From Candidatus Thorarchaeota archaeon (GTDB taxonomy: Archaea > Asgardarchaeota > Thorarchaeia > Thorarchaeales > Thorarchaeaceae), in contig SDNP01000026.1 in assembly GCA_004524445.1 (NCBI GenBank), positions 1 through 42,703 on the forward strand: DNA of 42,703 bases, in the 5' to 3' direction. This document shows, piece by piece, positions 18,654 to 27,917 of this stretch; position 1 is the stretch's first letter; the number at the start of each line of letters is the position of its first letter. The notes under the pieces were generated by a model, which saw only the letters and a program-made list of their open reading frames with translations, ran no database searches and was not told where the DNA came from. The position numbers were made by a program, and so were the translations under genes.

Positions 18654-19466
18654 GTGACCATCTTGACCTGGCGTTTACTTATGAGAAGTGAGCCAGATAT
18701 TTTCAGAAATCTGGCATTGGAAGAAGCATTAGCTAGAGTAAATGCCAAATCAGAGGAAAAGGTCAACACACTACGATTCTGGAAATCCAATGAAGCCGTG
18801 GTTATGGGGAGATTTCAATGCCCTCATCTGGAAGTGAACATGGAGTTTTGTCATGAACATGGTATTCCAATAGCTCGACGTTTCACAGGCGGGGGGACGG
18901 TCTATCATGATTCAGGTAACTTGAACTTCACACTCTGTCTTGATCAGAGCGAGCTCTGTGTGCCAAGAACGCTCAACGAGTTATACTGGAATTTCATAGG
19001 GGTTATCGCTTCCGGCCTAGGAGCAGTGGGAATACCAGCAAGGTTCGACCCAAATCGCAATTGCATTCGTGTTCATGGTAAGAAGATAACAGGTACGGCA
19101 GGCTGGATAAAGAGCGGGGTGTCTTTTGTTCATGGAACACTTCTCATCAATTCCGACCTCGAATTGCTCTCTGACTGCTTACATGTGCCCGAAAACCAAC
19201 CTGTCTACTTGAGGGACAATAGGCGAATTCGTTGCATCAAATCAAAGAGGGACAGAGTGACAAATGTAGTTAATGGAACAGAGAGCCCTCCCTCTGAAGA
19301 GAAAATCAAACAAGCGATAGTTGCGGGTCTTGAGGAATTCTGTGCAGATACAATCCATGCTGGAAGCGTAACAGATGAAGAAATGACAGCTTCAGAGTCT
19401 TTATATCAGACTCGTTACAGTCAGGAAAAATGGAACATGGGCATTCTTGCCCAAACTGAAACCTGA
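18654..19466 (+). CDS. lplA: Lipoate-protein ligase family (catalytic domain only)
   Basis: NLALEEAL, LRFW, RRFTGGGTVYHD, NLNFT, GKKITG, HGTLL. Start may be TTG 18663. Confidence 0.88.
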   Translation: MTILTWRLLMRSEPDIFRNLALEEALARVNAKSEEKVNTLRFWKSNEAVVMGRFQCPHLEVNMEFCHEHGIPIARRFTGGGTVYHDSGNLNFTLCLDQSELCVPRTLNELYWNFIGVIASGLGAVGIPARFDPNRNCIRVHGKKITGTAGWIKSGVSFVHGTLLINSDLELLSDCLHVPENQPVYLRDNRRIRCIKSKRDRVTNVVNGTESPPSEEKIKQAIVAGLEEFCADTIHAGSVTDEEMTASESLYQTRYSQEKWNMGILAQTET

Positions 19467-19484
19467 ATGTAGAGGATCCAGAAT

Positions 19485-19832
19485 ATGACAGGCGAAGACG
19501 TTGAGGAAATACGCAAGAATTTCATGAAACATTTTGGAGCTTTAAATCGGGACATTCCCGAAACCAGAAACGCATTTTCTGATTTGCAGAAGACAGTACA
19601 CAAGGATGGTGCATTGTCAGCTAAAGTCAAAGAGATGATGTGTATTGTAGTCTCGATTCTAAATCCATGTGAATCTTGCATGGTCTATCATACTAAGCAA
19701 GCAATATCGCTTGGCGCAACACGAGAAGAAATCATGGAGGCTTGTGGTGTTGCCATAGTCATGGGTGGAGGACCAGCAGCGGCCCATATTGCCACTGTAC
19801 AGGATGCCTTGGACAAATGGGCACCAAGATAG
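19485..19832 (+). CDS. AhpD/carboxymuconolactone decarboxylase family protein
   Basis: GALSAKVKEMM, CESC (CxxC), H, GATREEIMEA, MGGGPA. Confidence 0.88.
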   Translation: MTGEDVEEIRKNFMKHFGALNRDIPETRNAFSDLQKTVHKDGALSAKVKEMMCIVVSILNPCESCMVYHTKQAISLGATREEIMEACGVAIVMGGGPAAAHIATVQDALDKWAPR

Positions 19833-19883
19833 CAGATAGGGGAATAATCGAAGATTCTGAAGCATGTTTGCAGTTGAGAACAA

Positions 19884-20927
19884 TCACTCAAAACTGGTGA
19901 AGAGAACCTTAATTGCCTCTCTCTTCTCCATTAGCTCAAATCCCTTCTTCCACTCAGTCAGTGGCACACGATGTGTAATCAGAGGCTTCACATTGATCTG
20001 CCCAGATGACATCATTCGGAGAGTAAGGACCCAGCTTGAGGGAATGGTTCCCCAGCTACCAATCATTGAAAGTTCCTTCTCGACAACATGGTCAAGATAC
20101 AGGGTGGTATCTCCTCCCTGTGTTCCTAACAGAGAAACGTGTCCAGTTACTTTGACGAACTCAAGAGCTTGACCGCGTGCAGGACCCGCTCCCGAAGCTT
20201 CAATAACTACATCTGCACCGATACCGTCAGTTTTGCCGAATACAATTCCCACAGGGTCGCTTTCAGCCTGTACATCCAATGTCATATCAGCACCAAGTTT
20301 CTTAGCAATTTCGAAACGCCAATTGTCGGATGTTACACCAGTTACAATGACCTCAGCAGCACCCATCGCCTTGGCGATTTGTAGAGCAATCAATCCCATG
20401 GTCCCTGGTCCCTGCACTACCACAACATCCCCGGGTGAGATTGGTGTTTGCTCTGCAACGCAATGAACAACGCAGGCAGTAGGTTCGGCCAAAGCAGCCT
20501 CTTCAAGGGATAGAGATGGGGGAACTTTGTGTAGGATGAATTCAGGCACTACAACGTACTTCGCAAAACCGCCATTCGCAAGGGAAACGCCAAGAATCCT
20601 CTTATCTTCGCAAGTACAGCGATTAACATGGCCAGTTTTGCAATGATAACAATGCCCACAATATGCTGTTGCTGGTGAAACTACACGGTCTCCAACTGTT
20701 AAATCTGAAACAGCAGATCCAGCTTCAACAACCCGTCCTGAATATTCGTGACCGAGGACTACAGGCGGAGTATAGAATGAATGGTCTGATTTGATGTGCA
20801 AATCTGTGCCACAAATACCAGCCGCTTCTACTTCTACAAGCACTTCATTAGCTCCAGGCATCGGTTTTTCGATATCTACAAGTTCGATGTTTCCTACACC
20901 GCGTTTCTTTTTCATCAGTGCTTTCAA
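19884..20927 (-). CDS. Zn-dependent medium-chain alcohol/polyol dehydrogenase
   Basis: GICGTD, GHEYSG, structural Zn CGHCYHC...C, EPTAC, GPGTMG. Confidence 0.92.
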   Translation of the reverse strand: MKALMKKKRGVGNIELVDIEKPMPGANEVLVEVEAAGICGTDLHIKSDHSFYTPPVVLGHEYSGRVVEAGSAVSDLTVGDRVVSPATAYCGHCYHCKTGHVNRCTCEDKRILGVSLANGGFAKYVVVPEFILHKVPPSLSLEEAALAEPTACVVHCVAEQTPISPGDVVVVQGPGTMGLIALQIAKAMGAAEVIVTGVTSDNWRFEIAKKLGADMTLDVQAESDPVGIVFGKTDGIGADVVIEASGAGPARGQALEFVKVTGHVSLLGTQGGDTTLYLDHVVEKELSMIGSWGTIPSSWVLTLRMMSSGQINVKPLITHRVPLTEWKKGFELMEKREAIKVLFTSFE

Positions 20928-20978
20928 TCACAGACCTCTATGTCGTGGGAAAACACAGTGCTATAGAATCTTGCGATT

Positions 20979-21248
20979 TCAGTCGAAGGAATCCCAAAAA
21001 TCCGATGGCTCTTCACCTGCATCTATAGGATGAACTCTGTAGCCATTTCCATGCTGTGAACGAATTTGAGAGGCGGCTCGGGCACCAACAAACTTACTCC
21101 TGACATCAGCATTCCTACCCTTCCAGAGAAAAATGCTCTTTGAACTGTCATCTACGATACAATAAACTCCATCATCCGAAAGCCCACTTTTTTCAAATTT
21201 GACTTCCTCTGTGGTTCCGTCATCATGCATCTGGTATGCTGTAGCCAT
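20979..21248 (-). CDS. Single-domain gelsolin-like protein (eukaryotic signature protein)
   Basis: DDGVYCIVD...IFLWKG...long helix KFVGARAASQIR...IDAGEEPSDFWDSF matches the gelsolin repeat core. Confidence 0.8.
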   Translation of the reverse strand: MATAYQMHDDGTTEEVKFEKSGLSDDGVYCIVDDSSKSIFLWKGRNADVRSKFVGARAASQIRSQHGNGYRVHPIDAGEEPSDFWDSFD

Positions 21249-21401
21249 CGATTCGTCCTACCTATAATCGGTGCACCTATTGCTGGAGCTTTTTTGAATA
21301 TGAATTAATCTCGAATTAACTCGCAAGTCAGCTTCCATTGATTTATGCTTTAAACCTTTGATATATACCTGTATGATATATGCGTAATATACTGCACCTT
21401 T

Positions 21402-21749
21402 TCATATATCCTCAAACTTCGCATGTACTGTACCACCACAGTAATTGCACCGAGCCTCTAGTGGGCCGGTCCAGTCAATATCTTCATGAGTGAGCGAAGC
21501 ACCACACGAGGGGCACCTTTCGGGTAATCTAACCGTCCTCACTTTGCTACTATCAGACAGACCACCTTTTTGGTATCTTTCGGGAATAACAAATGAGGGA
21601 GGGGTGACAGTAAAGCCCTTCTGTAACTGACTGAAGCCCTGTATGATTCTGATACATACGAAAACGGAGATAACGATAATGAGTATGGGGATTATTACAA
21701 ATAGTATTCCGAATGTACTTATGAACTCAAAGGGATCAAAGAACTGCAA
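21402..21749 (-). CDS. Single-pass membrane protein with a C-terminal zinc ribbon
   Basis: N-terminal TM helix; CPSCG...CNYCG; TTG start after GGTGA. Confidence 0.75.
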   Translation of the reverse strand: MQFFDPFEFISTFGILFVIIPILIIVISVFVCIRIIQGFSQLQKGFTVTPPSFVIPERYQKGGLSDSSKVRTVRLPERCPSCGASLTHEDIDWTGPLEARCNYCGGTVHAKFEDI

Positions 21750-21957
21750 CTGATTTTCACCTTAAATTGAGTGGGACTTATGCAGAGCCAAGCATATCGC
21801 CTTATTATCTTTGTCAGTAATTCTGCAGCCATGAGGTATCTCATTCCGGAAATCAGAATGTATTGAAATAACTCGAGCTGTTGATGCTTCGGAACAAATA
21901 AAAACTCGAATATCTTTCATCAATAGAGAACAAACCATTTTGGAGGAGAAAAAGAAA

Positions 21958-22317
21958 ATGCAAATCCCAGCATTCCTGCTAAGAAAACTGTATGTCAAGG
22001 GGAGCCTTGAAAATGCAGATGACGGATTCATGTTTAAGATTAAGAACTCACTTTCACCGGGCACCGCTATCGGCATGGAGCCACTCAAAGTAGATGACAA
22101 TGAGTATCCGTTAGAGGACACCGTAGTCAAATCCGAAGATGTTGAAGTGGAGGCATCTGAAATTTCAGAGGATAATTCATTTCCAATCAAGGTAGGTGTA
22201 GAGGTAATTATCCATGTGAAAGGAGATCAGCTTGAAGAAGGCGAACACAAAATCGATATCTCACTTAAAACAAAAGAAGCAGGCAATCTCGCATTTGATG
22301 TCAAGGATGCGTTATAG
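21958..22317 (+). CDS. Conserved archaeal hypothetical protein (Ig-like beta sandwich)
   Basis: MQIPAFLLRKLYVKGSLEN...FKIKNSLSPGT; all-beta pattern; GGAGG SD upstream. Confidence 0.75.
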   Translation: MQIPAFLLRKLYVKGSLENADDGFMFKIKNSLSPGTAIGMEPLKVDDNEYPLEDTVVKSEDVEVEASEISEDNSFPIKVGVEVIIHVKGDQLEEGEHKIDISLKTKEAGNLAFDVKDAL

Positions 22318-22327
22318 AATAAACTAT

Positions 22328-22353
22328 TGCGAAGGGGAAGTTTCCCCCTCGCA
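22328..22353. terminator. Hairpin between convergent genes
   Basis: TGCGA-a-GGGGAA-gt-TTCCCC-c-TCGCA followed by a T-rich stretch. Confidence 0.55.
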
Positions 22354-22367
22354 TTAAGCTATTTTTA

Positions 22368-23951
22368 CTATATTTTCCCTCTTCTTCGTAACAAGAAGAC
22401 TATCACTACTGCAACAGCAGCTCCAGCTACAATGCTGGCAATTGCGATATTGGTTATCCATGACATGCCGCCATCAGCAGTGTCATCTGGTGGTAGGAAG
22501 CCTGTTGTGTCTCTGATGTAGGCTTCGAAGAGATATCTTACATGTCCCCATTGGCCCTCTTCGTTTTCTGCATATACATCAAGAGTATGATTTCCTTCCA
22601 CATCGGGCAAGCCTGTGAGTTCAGTCTGATTGTCATTACCGTCCCAAGAGAAGTACTTGGTTACTGGAACTTCACTGAAGTATATTTCAGGAATAGTGCC
22701 ATTTTCTTTTCGGCTTGTATTCGCAAATCCTCTGAGGAAGATTTCAATGGGTCCTTCTGAGGGAATCTTCTGGTGTTCACTTACAACCCCAGAGGGTTTG
22801 ATTACTGAGTAGTCAATCTCACTATAGCTGAAGTTGGAAGAGATATAGTGATTGTACGCTCCGCCCCATGGAGTGTTGTATAGAGGTGCCCCGGCGCCTC
22901 CAGTGATTATGTGGGTCACTCCATTCACGACAATTCTATTGTAGGAATGGTCATGTCCAGCGGTGAAAAATGTCACATTCTCATCTTCGAACAGATTCTG
23001 AAGGCGATCACGTTCAGTTATATTGACATCTAATGCACTTCCAATGTGACTAATTGAGTAAAGCGGCCTATGAGCAGACACTATTTTCAATGGGCTCTGA
23101 CTGGAGGAAAGAGCCTCTTCCAGCCATTCATATTGCTCTCCAGTAATTCTGCCCTCAAGTCCGAACTCCTCGGAATCCAATATGAAGAAGTCAGCACCGG
23201 CGTATGTAAATGTGAAGTATGTTGTAGAGTGCCCAAAGTTCAGGAAGGCATCAAAATAGTATTCTAGAAGGCGAGATCCTGTTGATGCTCCCGTGTCATG
23301 GTTTCCAATGACCCCAATGATCGGAGCATAATGATTAATTCTGTCTGTGATATTTGTGAACTTCTCCCAAGCAACAAGATTCTGACTATGCGATTCTGTT
23401 ACGCCATAAACGAAGTCTCCGGTCATTATAACCAAATGAGGATCCTCACCTATGGACAAATCAATGATTTCAGAGAATACCTCGGGCTGTTCAGGAGCTG
23501 TTGAGCTCGATGGGCGATTATCCCCGAGTATTACCATTCTGAATTTCCCACCATCGGCAGGAGCAGTGAAGAAGTAGTACATCTCACTCTGGGCATCACC
23601 AGATTCTACTTCATAGAAATACTTGGCATCTAGATCCAAGCCGGTTAGTTTCACAGAGTGAACAGTATCACTTGTGGAGTTGGTCATGACTTCAAGCATG
23701 CTTGTGTTTTTGCCATAGTTTACTGTTGAAGGAGCAGATTCAGTTGTTTCCCAGTATATCGTGGTAGATTCATTCGTCGTGCTTTCAATCAATGGTCCTC
23801 GGGTAATGGTATTGGTTGCAGCCAATTGCATTGTGTTTTCCACAGACTGTGATGCAATGTAAGGAGCTGCAAAAGACAGCATTAGAGGGGCGAAAAGCAA
23901 CATAGCAATGAAGGATATTTCCATCCGTTTTTTCACATAAATCACCAGCAA
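22368..23951 (-). CDS. Secreted, membrane-anchored purple acid phosphatase-like metallophosphoesterase
   Basis: Signal peptide, FN3-like N-domain, GD, TGDFV, GNHD, H, GHDH motifs; C-terminal TM plus RRRGK. Confidence 0.9.
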   Translation of the reverse strand: MLVIYVKKRMEISFIAMLLFAPLMLSFAAPYIASQSVENTMQLAATNTITRGPLIESTTNESTTIYWETTESAPSTVNYGKNTSMLEVMTNSTSDTVHSVKLTGLDLDAKYFYEVESGDAQSEMYYFFTAPADGGKFRMVILGDNRPSSSTAPEQPEVFSEIIDLSIGEDPHLVIMTGDFVYGVTESHSQNLVAWEKFTNITDRINHYAPIIGVIGNHDTGASTGSRLLEYYFDAFLNFGHSTTYFTFTYAGADFFILDSEEFGLEGRITGEQYEWLEEALSSSQSPLKIVSAHRPLYSISHIGSALDVNITERDRLQNLFEDENVTFFTAGHDHSYNRIVVNGVTHIITGGAGAPLYNTPWGGAYNHYISSNFSYSEIDYSVIKPSGVVSEHQKIPSEGPIEIFLRGFANTSRKENGTIPEIYFSEVPVTKYFSWDGNDNQTELTGLPDVEGNHTLDVYAENEEGQWGHVRYLFEAYIRDTTGFLPPDDTADGGMSWITNIAIASIVAGAAVAVVIVFLLRRRGKI

Positions 23952-24043
23952 GTATCCTGTACCTCATGACTACTTAAGAGCTAAGATTCAGCACCCACAA
24001 TAGTTTTCTTCATACTCCTCTCATCTACGAGTGGTGCTTTAAT

Positions 24044-24952
24044 GTGTATGTTAAGATAAGAGATGATGGCGCAGTCGGAATTGGAAGAGGAACAGAGGGG
24101 CCATATGAGATAGCAATTGGGTACGGAGAGGCGCATATGATTGCCGCTGCTCTAGAAAAACTGGCTCAAACCGCTAGAAGCTATAAGCAGACCTACAAGA
24201 AGACAACGGATGTAGGAAGAGGCAATAAGATAGAATTCGAGAGAAATGAAGAGGGTGATATCATTCTAAAGGGGGATGGAAATGAATACATGTGTACAGA
24301 GAAGGAGATGCGAGAGCTCTCTGAGGTGCTGAAGCACCTTCCGCCAGTTGATATTGCTCCCCCATCAGATTATGTTAAGAAGAGGAAGCCAAAAAACGGG
24401 TTCTGTCTAGAGCTGATGAATGGGGGTCAATCAATGCCATTGAAGCTGCCCGATGCTGCACTCATCAAGAAATCTATCGTTTCTAGCATTGATGGGAAGT
24501 ATTTCGAAGAGAAAGTCAAGATTGGAAGCCGCTCAATCACCGTGCAACGAACCAGCGACCTCAAATGGAGTATAACCGGGAGTAATGCTACAGTTAAGTT
24601 CACGGCCTATGAAGTTGAATCTCTCGTAGCAGGGTTGCACAATGGTGTTCTTGATGTCTTGATGGATGCCATAAAGAAGTACGGTGGAGACGATTTAGCA
24701 GATATTCGCGTAAAGAGCCATATTCAAAGAGTGGAACAGGAAGCAGAAAAGATTCTAGCTGATGCAAGGAAAGCAAAAAGCGTTGTAAAGCATCTAACCA
24801 AGACGACCAGCGATATCTTGGGAGCAGGAAAGGATGCCGACGAGAGAACAAACATCTTCGTTGAGTTAATCAACCATATTTACAGAGAGCTTGCCCCAGA
24901 ATTTCATGCTCCATTGTTCAATATTATGACCGAGATTCTTGTTCAGAAATAG
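24044..24952 (+). CDS. Hypothetical protein with internal beta-strand/helix repeats and a helical C-domain
   Basis: 302-aa ORF; repeat pattern described under findings. Confidence 0.8.
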   Translation: MYVKIRDDGAVGIGRGTEGPYEIAIGYGEAHMIAAALEKLAQTARSYKQTYKKTTDVGRGNKIEFERNEEGDIILKGDGNEYMCTEKEMRELSEVLKHLPPVDIAPPSDYVKKRKPKNGFCLELMNGGQSMPLKLPDAALIKKSIVSSIDGKYFEEKVKIGSRSITVQRTSDLKWSITGSNATVKFTAYEVESLVAGLHNGVLDVLMDAIKKYGGDDLADIRVKSHIQRVEQEAEKILADARKAKSVVKHLTKTTSDILGAGKDADERTNIFVELINHIYRELAPEFHAPLFNIMTEILVQK

Positions 24953-24965
24953 GTGCTGGCATGAA

Positions 24966-26384
24966 TCAGTTGCCGCACGAAGAGGTTGACCATGGATAAC
25001 GATCCATGATTCTCTGAATTAGCCTCTTCGCCTTCCTTTCTTCTGAAGTGTCTTTGTATGCCAAAAGAAGAACGACACCTCCACGCGTTCGTTTGAATTT
25101 CTGATACATGGTCTTCGTAGTATTGATGGTATCACAGATAAGCATAATATCAGCCTGAGGGATATCTAGGTCTCTCTCTCCAACAGGGGACATTATGAGG
25201 GCACGCAAATTCTCGTCGCTCTTGAATTCTCTGAGCACTTCACCCTTATTCTGTGTCTGTCCCGTGATGACTAGTGCCGACATTCCAGCATTCTTGAATA
25301 GATTTTCAATTTGTGAGACCATATCCAAGTATGAGGTTATGATGACGGATTTCTCATACCCTTTAGCTATTTCCACAGCCTTTGCCGCTTTTGATGAGAG
25401 TCTAGGAAGCGCACTACGTAGGTCATCCGGTTTGAAGAAACGACTCACGTGCTTATTGTAAAAGAACTTGATGAACTGCCGGGGTGGCATAGCGTACACA
25501 TATTTGCGCAACATCAGAAGGCTAGAATATCGGCCCTTAAGGTCGTCACTAACAGGAAGTCGTTCCAACATGAGATGAACTCTTCTGGGATCATTTTCCA
25601 CCATTTCCAGATTGTCATCTTCTGCAAGTTCTGTCATGATCTCAATTCGCGCATCTCTTATGAGTTCATCCAGCACGCGAGTGATACTCTGAATCTTTGT
25701 ATCCCTCACTAGTTCAATCCTGAGCATGGTGGGATCCAAGAACTCCTCGATGTCCGTTCCATAGAGATCTTCCATTGAGATGACGTGCGCATCTGGTATA
25801 TGTTGTTTCAGTGTTCGAAGTTCCTTTCTAATTTCTAGCTGCTCACGCGTGAAAACAGCATGTTCATCCCGCAATGTTCCACTCATGCCTATGACTCGCT
25901 TTTCATCAAAGAAGGGCAGGATGGTTGGCCAGGGAAATGTCAGGGCTCGACGTCTACCAGTTCTTTTTATCAGCGTATCGACCTCATTGATGAGTAGAAC
26001 ATCGAAGAGCCCCACAGTATCAGGTTCCTTCTTTATCATTCCAGCTAGCACTTGGGGAGTTGAGACAACAATCCGGTTGTTCTTCATTACATAAGGACGG
26101 ATAGGAGATCGAACTCTAGACGAGATTTCACCAAGCTCGTCTTCAAGACCACCATAATCGCCTCGCAAATATTCAACCGTTTCTGCAAGTGAGGAGGAAG
26201 AATGCACTACGATGAGGAATTTGAGTTCAGGATACCGCTCTACAACCAGTTGATGAGTTATGAATCTCTTGCCCAATCCACAGTCAAGCTCTAAGAGGAG
26301 ATTAGAACCTGGTAAATCCTCTATTCGGTCGAGAATGTAATTTTGATACCCTCGGGGAGTGTATTTTGGATTGGTCTTTGACAT
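24966..26384 (-). CDS. SF2 helicase-like protein (Hef/FANCM-type core) with degenerate motifs
   Basis: PRGYQ Q-motif, LDCGLGKR, STPQ, LINEVD, MSGT, ITGQ, GERDLDIP, YQKFKRTRG. Confidence 0.8.
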   Translation of the reverse strand: MSKTNPKYTPRGYQNYILDRIEDLPGSNLLLELDCGLGKRFITHQLVVERYPELKFLIVVHSSSSLAETVEYLRGDYGGLEDELGEISSRVRSPIRPYVMKNNRIVVSTPQVLAGMIKKEPDTVGLFDVLLINEVDTLIKRTGRRRALTFPWPTILPFFDEKRVIGMSGTLRDEHAVFTREQLEIRKELRTLKQHIPDAHVISMEDLYGTDIEEFLDPTMLRIELVRDTKIQSITRVLDELIRDARIEIMTELAEDDNLEMVENDPRRVHLMLERLPVSDDLKGRYSSLLMLRKYVYAMPPRQFIKFFYNKHVSRFFKPDDLRSALPRLSSKAAKAVEIAKGYEKSVIITSYLDMVSQIENLFKNAGMSALVITGQTQNKGEVLREFKSDENLRALIMSPVGERDLDIPQADIMLICDTINTTKTMYQKFKRTRGGVVLLLAYKDTSEERKAKRLIQRIMDRYPWSTSSCGN

Positions 26385-26422
26385 TTCTTCAGCTCGCGAT
26401 TATCTCAGGCAAGTAAACTCAT

Positions 26423-26818
26423 TCATATCTTTTTGAATACTTTTGCAAGCGATGGCCCCATTACGTGCATTTTGAATTCGTTGAATGTGCCGAATGGAAC
26501 AATATGAACCTTGAACTCGCTCTTATCAAAGCGTTCTGCAAGTTCACTTATCAACCCCTCAGCAAACTGCGAATCAGACTTCCTGTCGCCCAAGTGAGCA
26601 AAAGAATGTAGAACAATCGTGGAGAGGTTGTTTTTCTTTGCAAGCCACTTGATATTCTTATACATCTTTCTTGCAACCTTCAGTCGGTCGTCCCGGTCAT
26701 TCGGTTCAGATTGCATCCAAACCAAAAGGGATTCATCGAAGAAGACACCGGGTTCATCAGGACTTGCAGTGTGGGAGCGGTACCAGAAACTCTCCACGTG
26801 AAACATCAAGAGACGCAC
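26423..26818 (-). CDS. Stand-alone archaeal-type threonyl-tRNA synthetase editing domain
   Basis: MRLLMFH, VLHSFAHL, PFG, GPSLAK match the archaeal ThrRS N-terminal editing domain (DTD fold). Confidence 0.8.
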   Translation of the reverse strand: MRLLMFHVESFWYRSHTASPDEPGVFFDESLLVWMQSEPNDRDDRLKVARKMYKNIKWLAKKNNLSTIVLHSFAHLGDRKSDSQFAEGLISELAERFDKSEFKVHIVPFGTFNEFKMHVMGPSLAKVFKKI

Positions 26819-26886
26819 TCTAATTCAACTCATCAATTACTCACTAAGCTGGTGGAATTCAATGACCATCCTTGAAAATACTCTGG

Positions 26887-27765
26887 TCAGATATGCTCCC
26901 CCTCTTCCGGAATCTCTGCTGAGTGGTCCTCAGCTTCATCACTATCTAATTCTGCCTGTCCATTAATGATTTCATACTTCCTTGATACAGGGGACACAGC
27001 TTTCCGAGGAATTGCTTTTCCATGAATCCAAATCGTATTCGGCGGGATGACTTTATTCTTTGGCACAACAGTATTCGCACCAATAATCACATTATCTCCG
27101 ATTTCGGCTCCGGCTAAGATTACAGCATTGGCACCGACGGTTACATTATTGCCTATTTCGACAGTCTTCAGATATAACCGATCACCTTCATAGACATGCC
27201 CACTCATGATGGCGTCATAACCAAAGAAGCATTCATCACCTATTATGGTTCGCTCTGGATTAAAGAGACGTCCATTACCCACAACAGTTGCTTTTCCAAT
27301 TTTCGCTCCAAAAAGCATGTGACGTGGTTTTGTATCCAAAAAGATTGAGAAGAACCACGCGAAGTACGGAAAGAGATTATAGTAGACCACACGGTATTCA
27401 TAGAGCAACCAATCTTCTGATTCCATAGGGTAGTATCCATCTTCAAGGAAGGGGATGCCACGAGCAGATAGTTTGAAGAAGCCCAGCAGAACACCCAAGA
27501 AAAGACCATAACAGAATAGCGAGATGGGGACCAATAACGTGAAGAAGTAGAACTTCTCATATACAATGAGCGGCAGCATATCTCCCAGCAAAGCCTGTGC
27601 AAGAACAGGAGGACCGTCAAGTAGTCCGCCAAAGCCAGTGATAATCGAGTCTATGTTTTGATAAAAGAACCAGAAGAATAGGATAGCAGGTACGGAGGCA
27701 AAGGTCAGACTGAATAGGAGCGAGAGGACCATATATGCACTGTAGGCTAAGGTTTTCAATTTCAT
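26887..27765 (-). CDS. Membrane-associated hexapeptide-repeat (LbH) acyltransferase
   Basis: N-terminal TM helices; FGAKIGK, IGDECFFG, SGH, IGNNVTVGANAVILAGAEIGDNVIIGA. Confidence 0.85.
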   Translation of the reverse strand: MKLKTLAYSAYMVLSLLFSLTFASVPAILFFWFFYQNIDSIITGFGGLLDGPPVLAQALLGDMLPLIVYEKFYFFTLLVPISLFCYGLFLGVLLGFFKLSARGIPFLEDGYYPMESEDWLLYEYRVVYYNLFPYFAWFFSIFLDTKPRHMLFGAKIGKATVVGNGRLFNPERTIIGDECFFGYDAIMSGHVYEGDRLYLKTVEIGNNVTVGANAVILAGAEIGDNVIIGANTVVPKNKVIPPNTIWIHGKAIPRKAVSPVSRKYEIINGQAELDSDEAEDHSAEIPEEGEHI

Positions 27766-27917
27766 CTATGACACACACGAATGAAGAAACTACTTCTTCC
27801 TCGGGAGTTGGTACATTTGAAAGTATCGCCATTAACCTTCTTGACAGCAGAAACAGATATAGAGGGACTATAGGCAAGTCGCAACATACTCATTCAGACA
27901 TAATGGAAGCCAACCCA

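Noticed and set aside
21958-22317. Call as HMG-CoA reductase, a label I recall on similar small archaeal proteins
   Set aside because: Far too short and lacks the reductase catalytic motifs.
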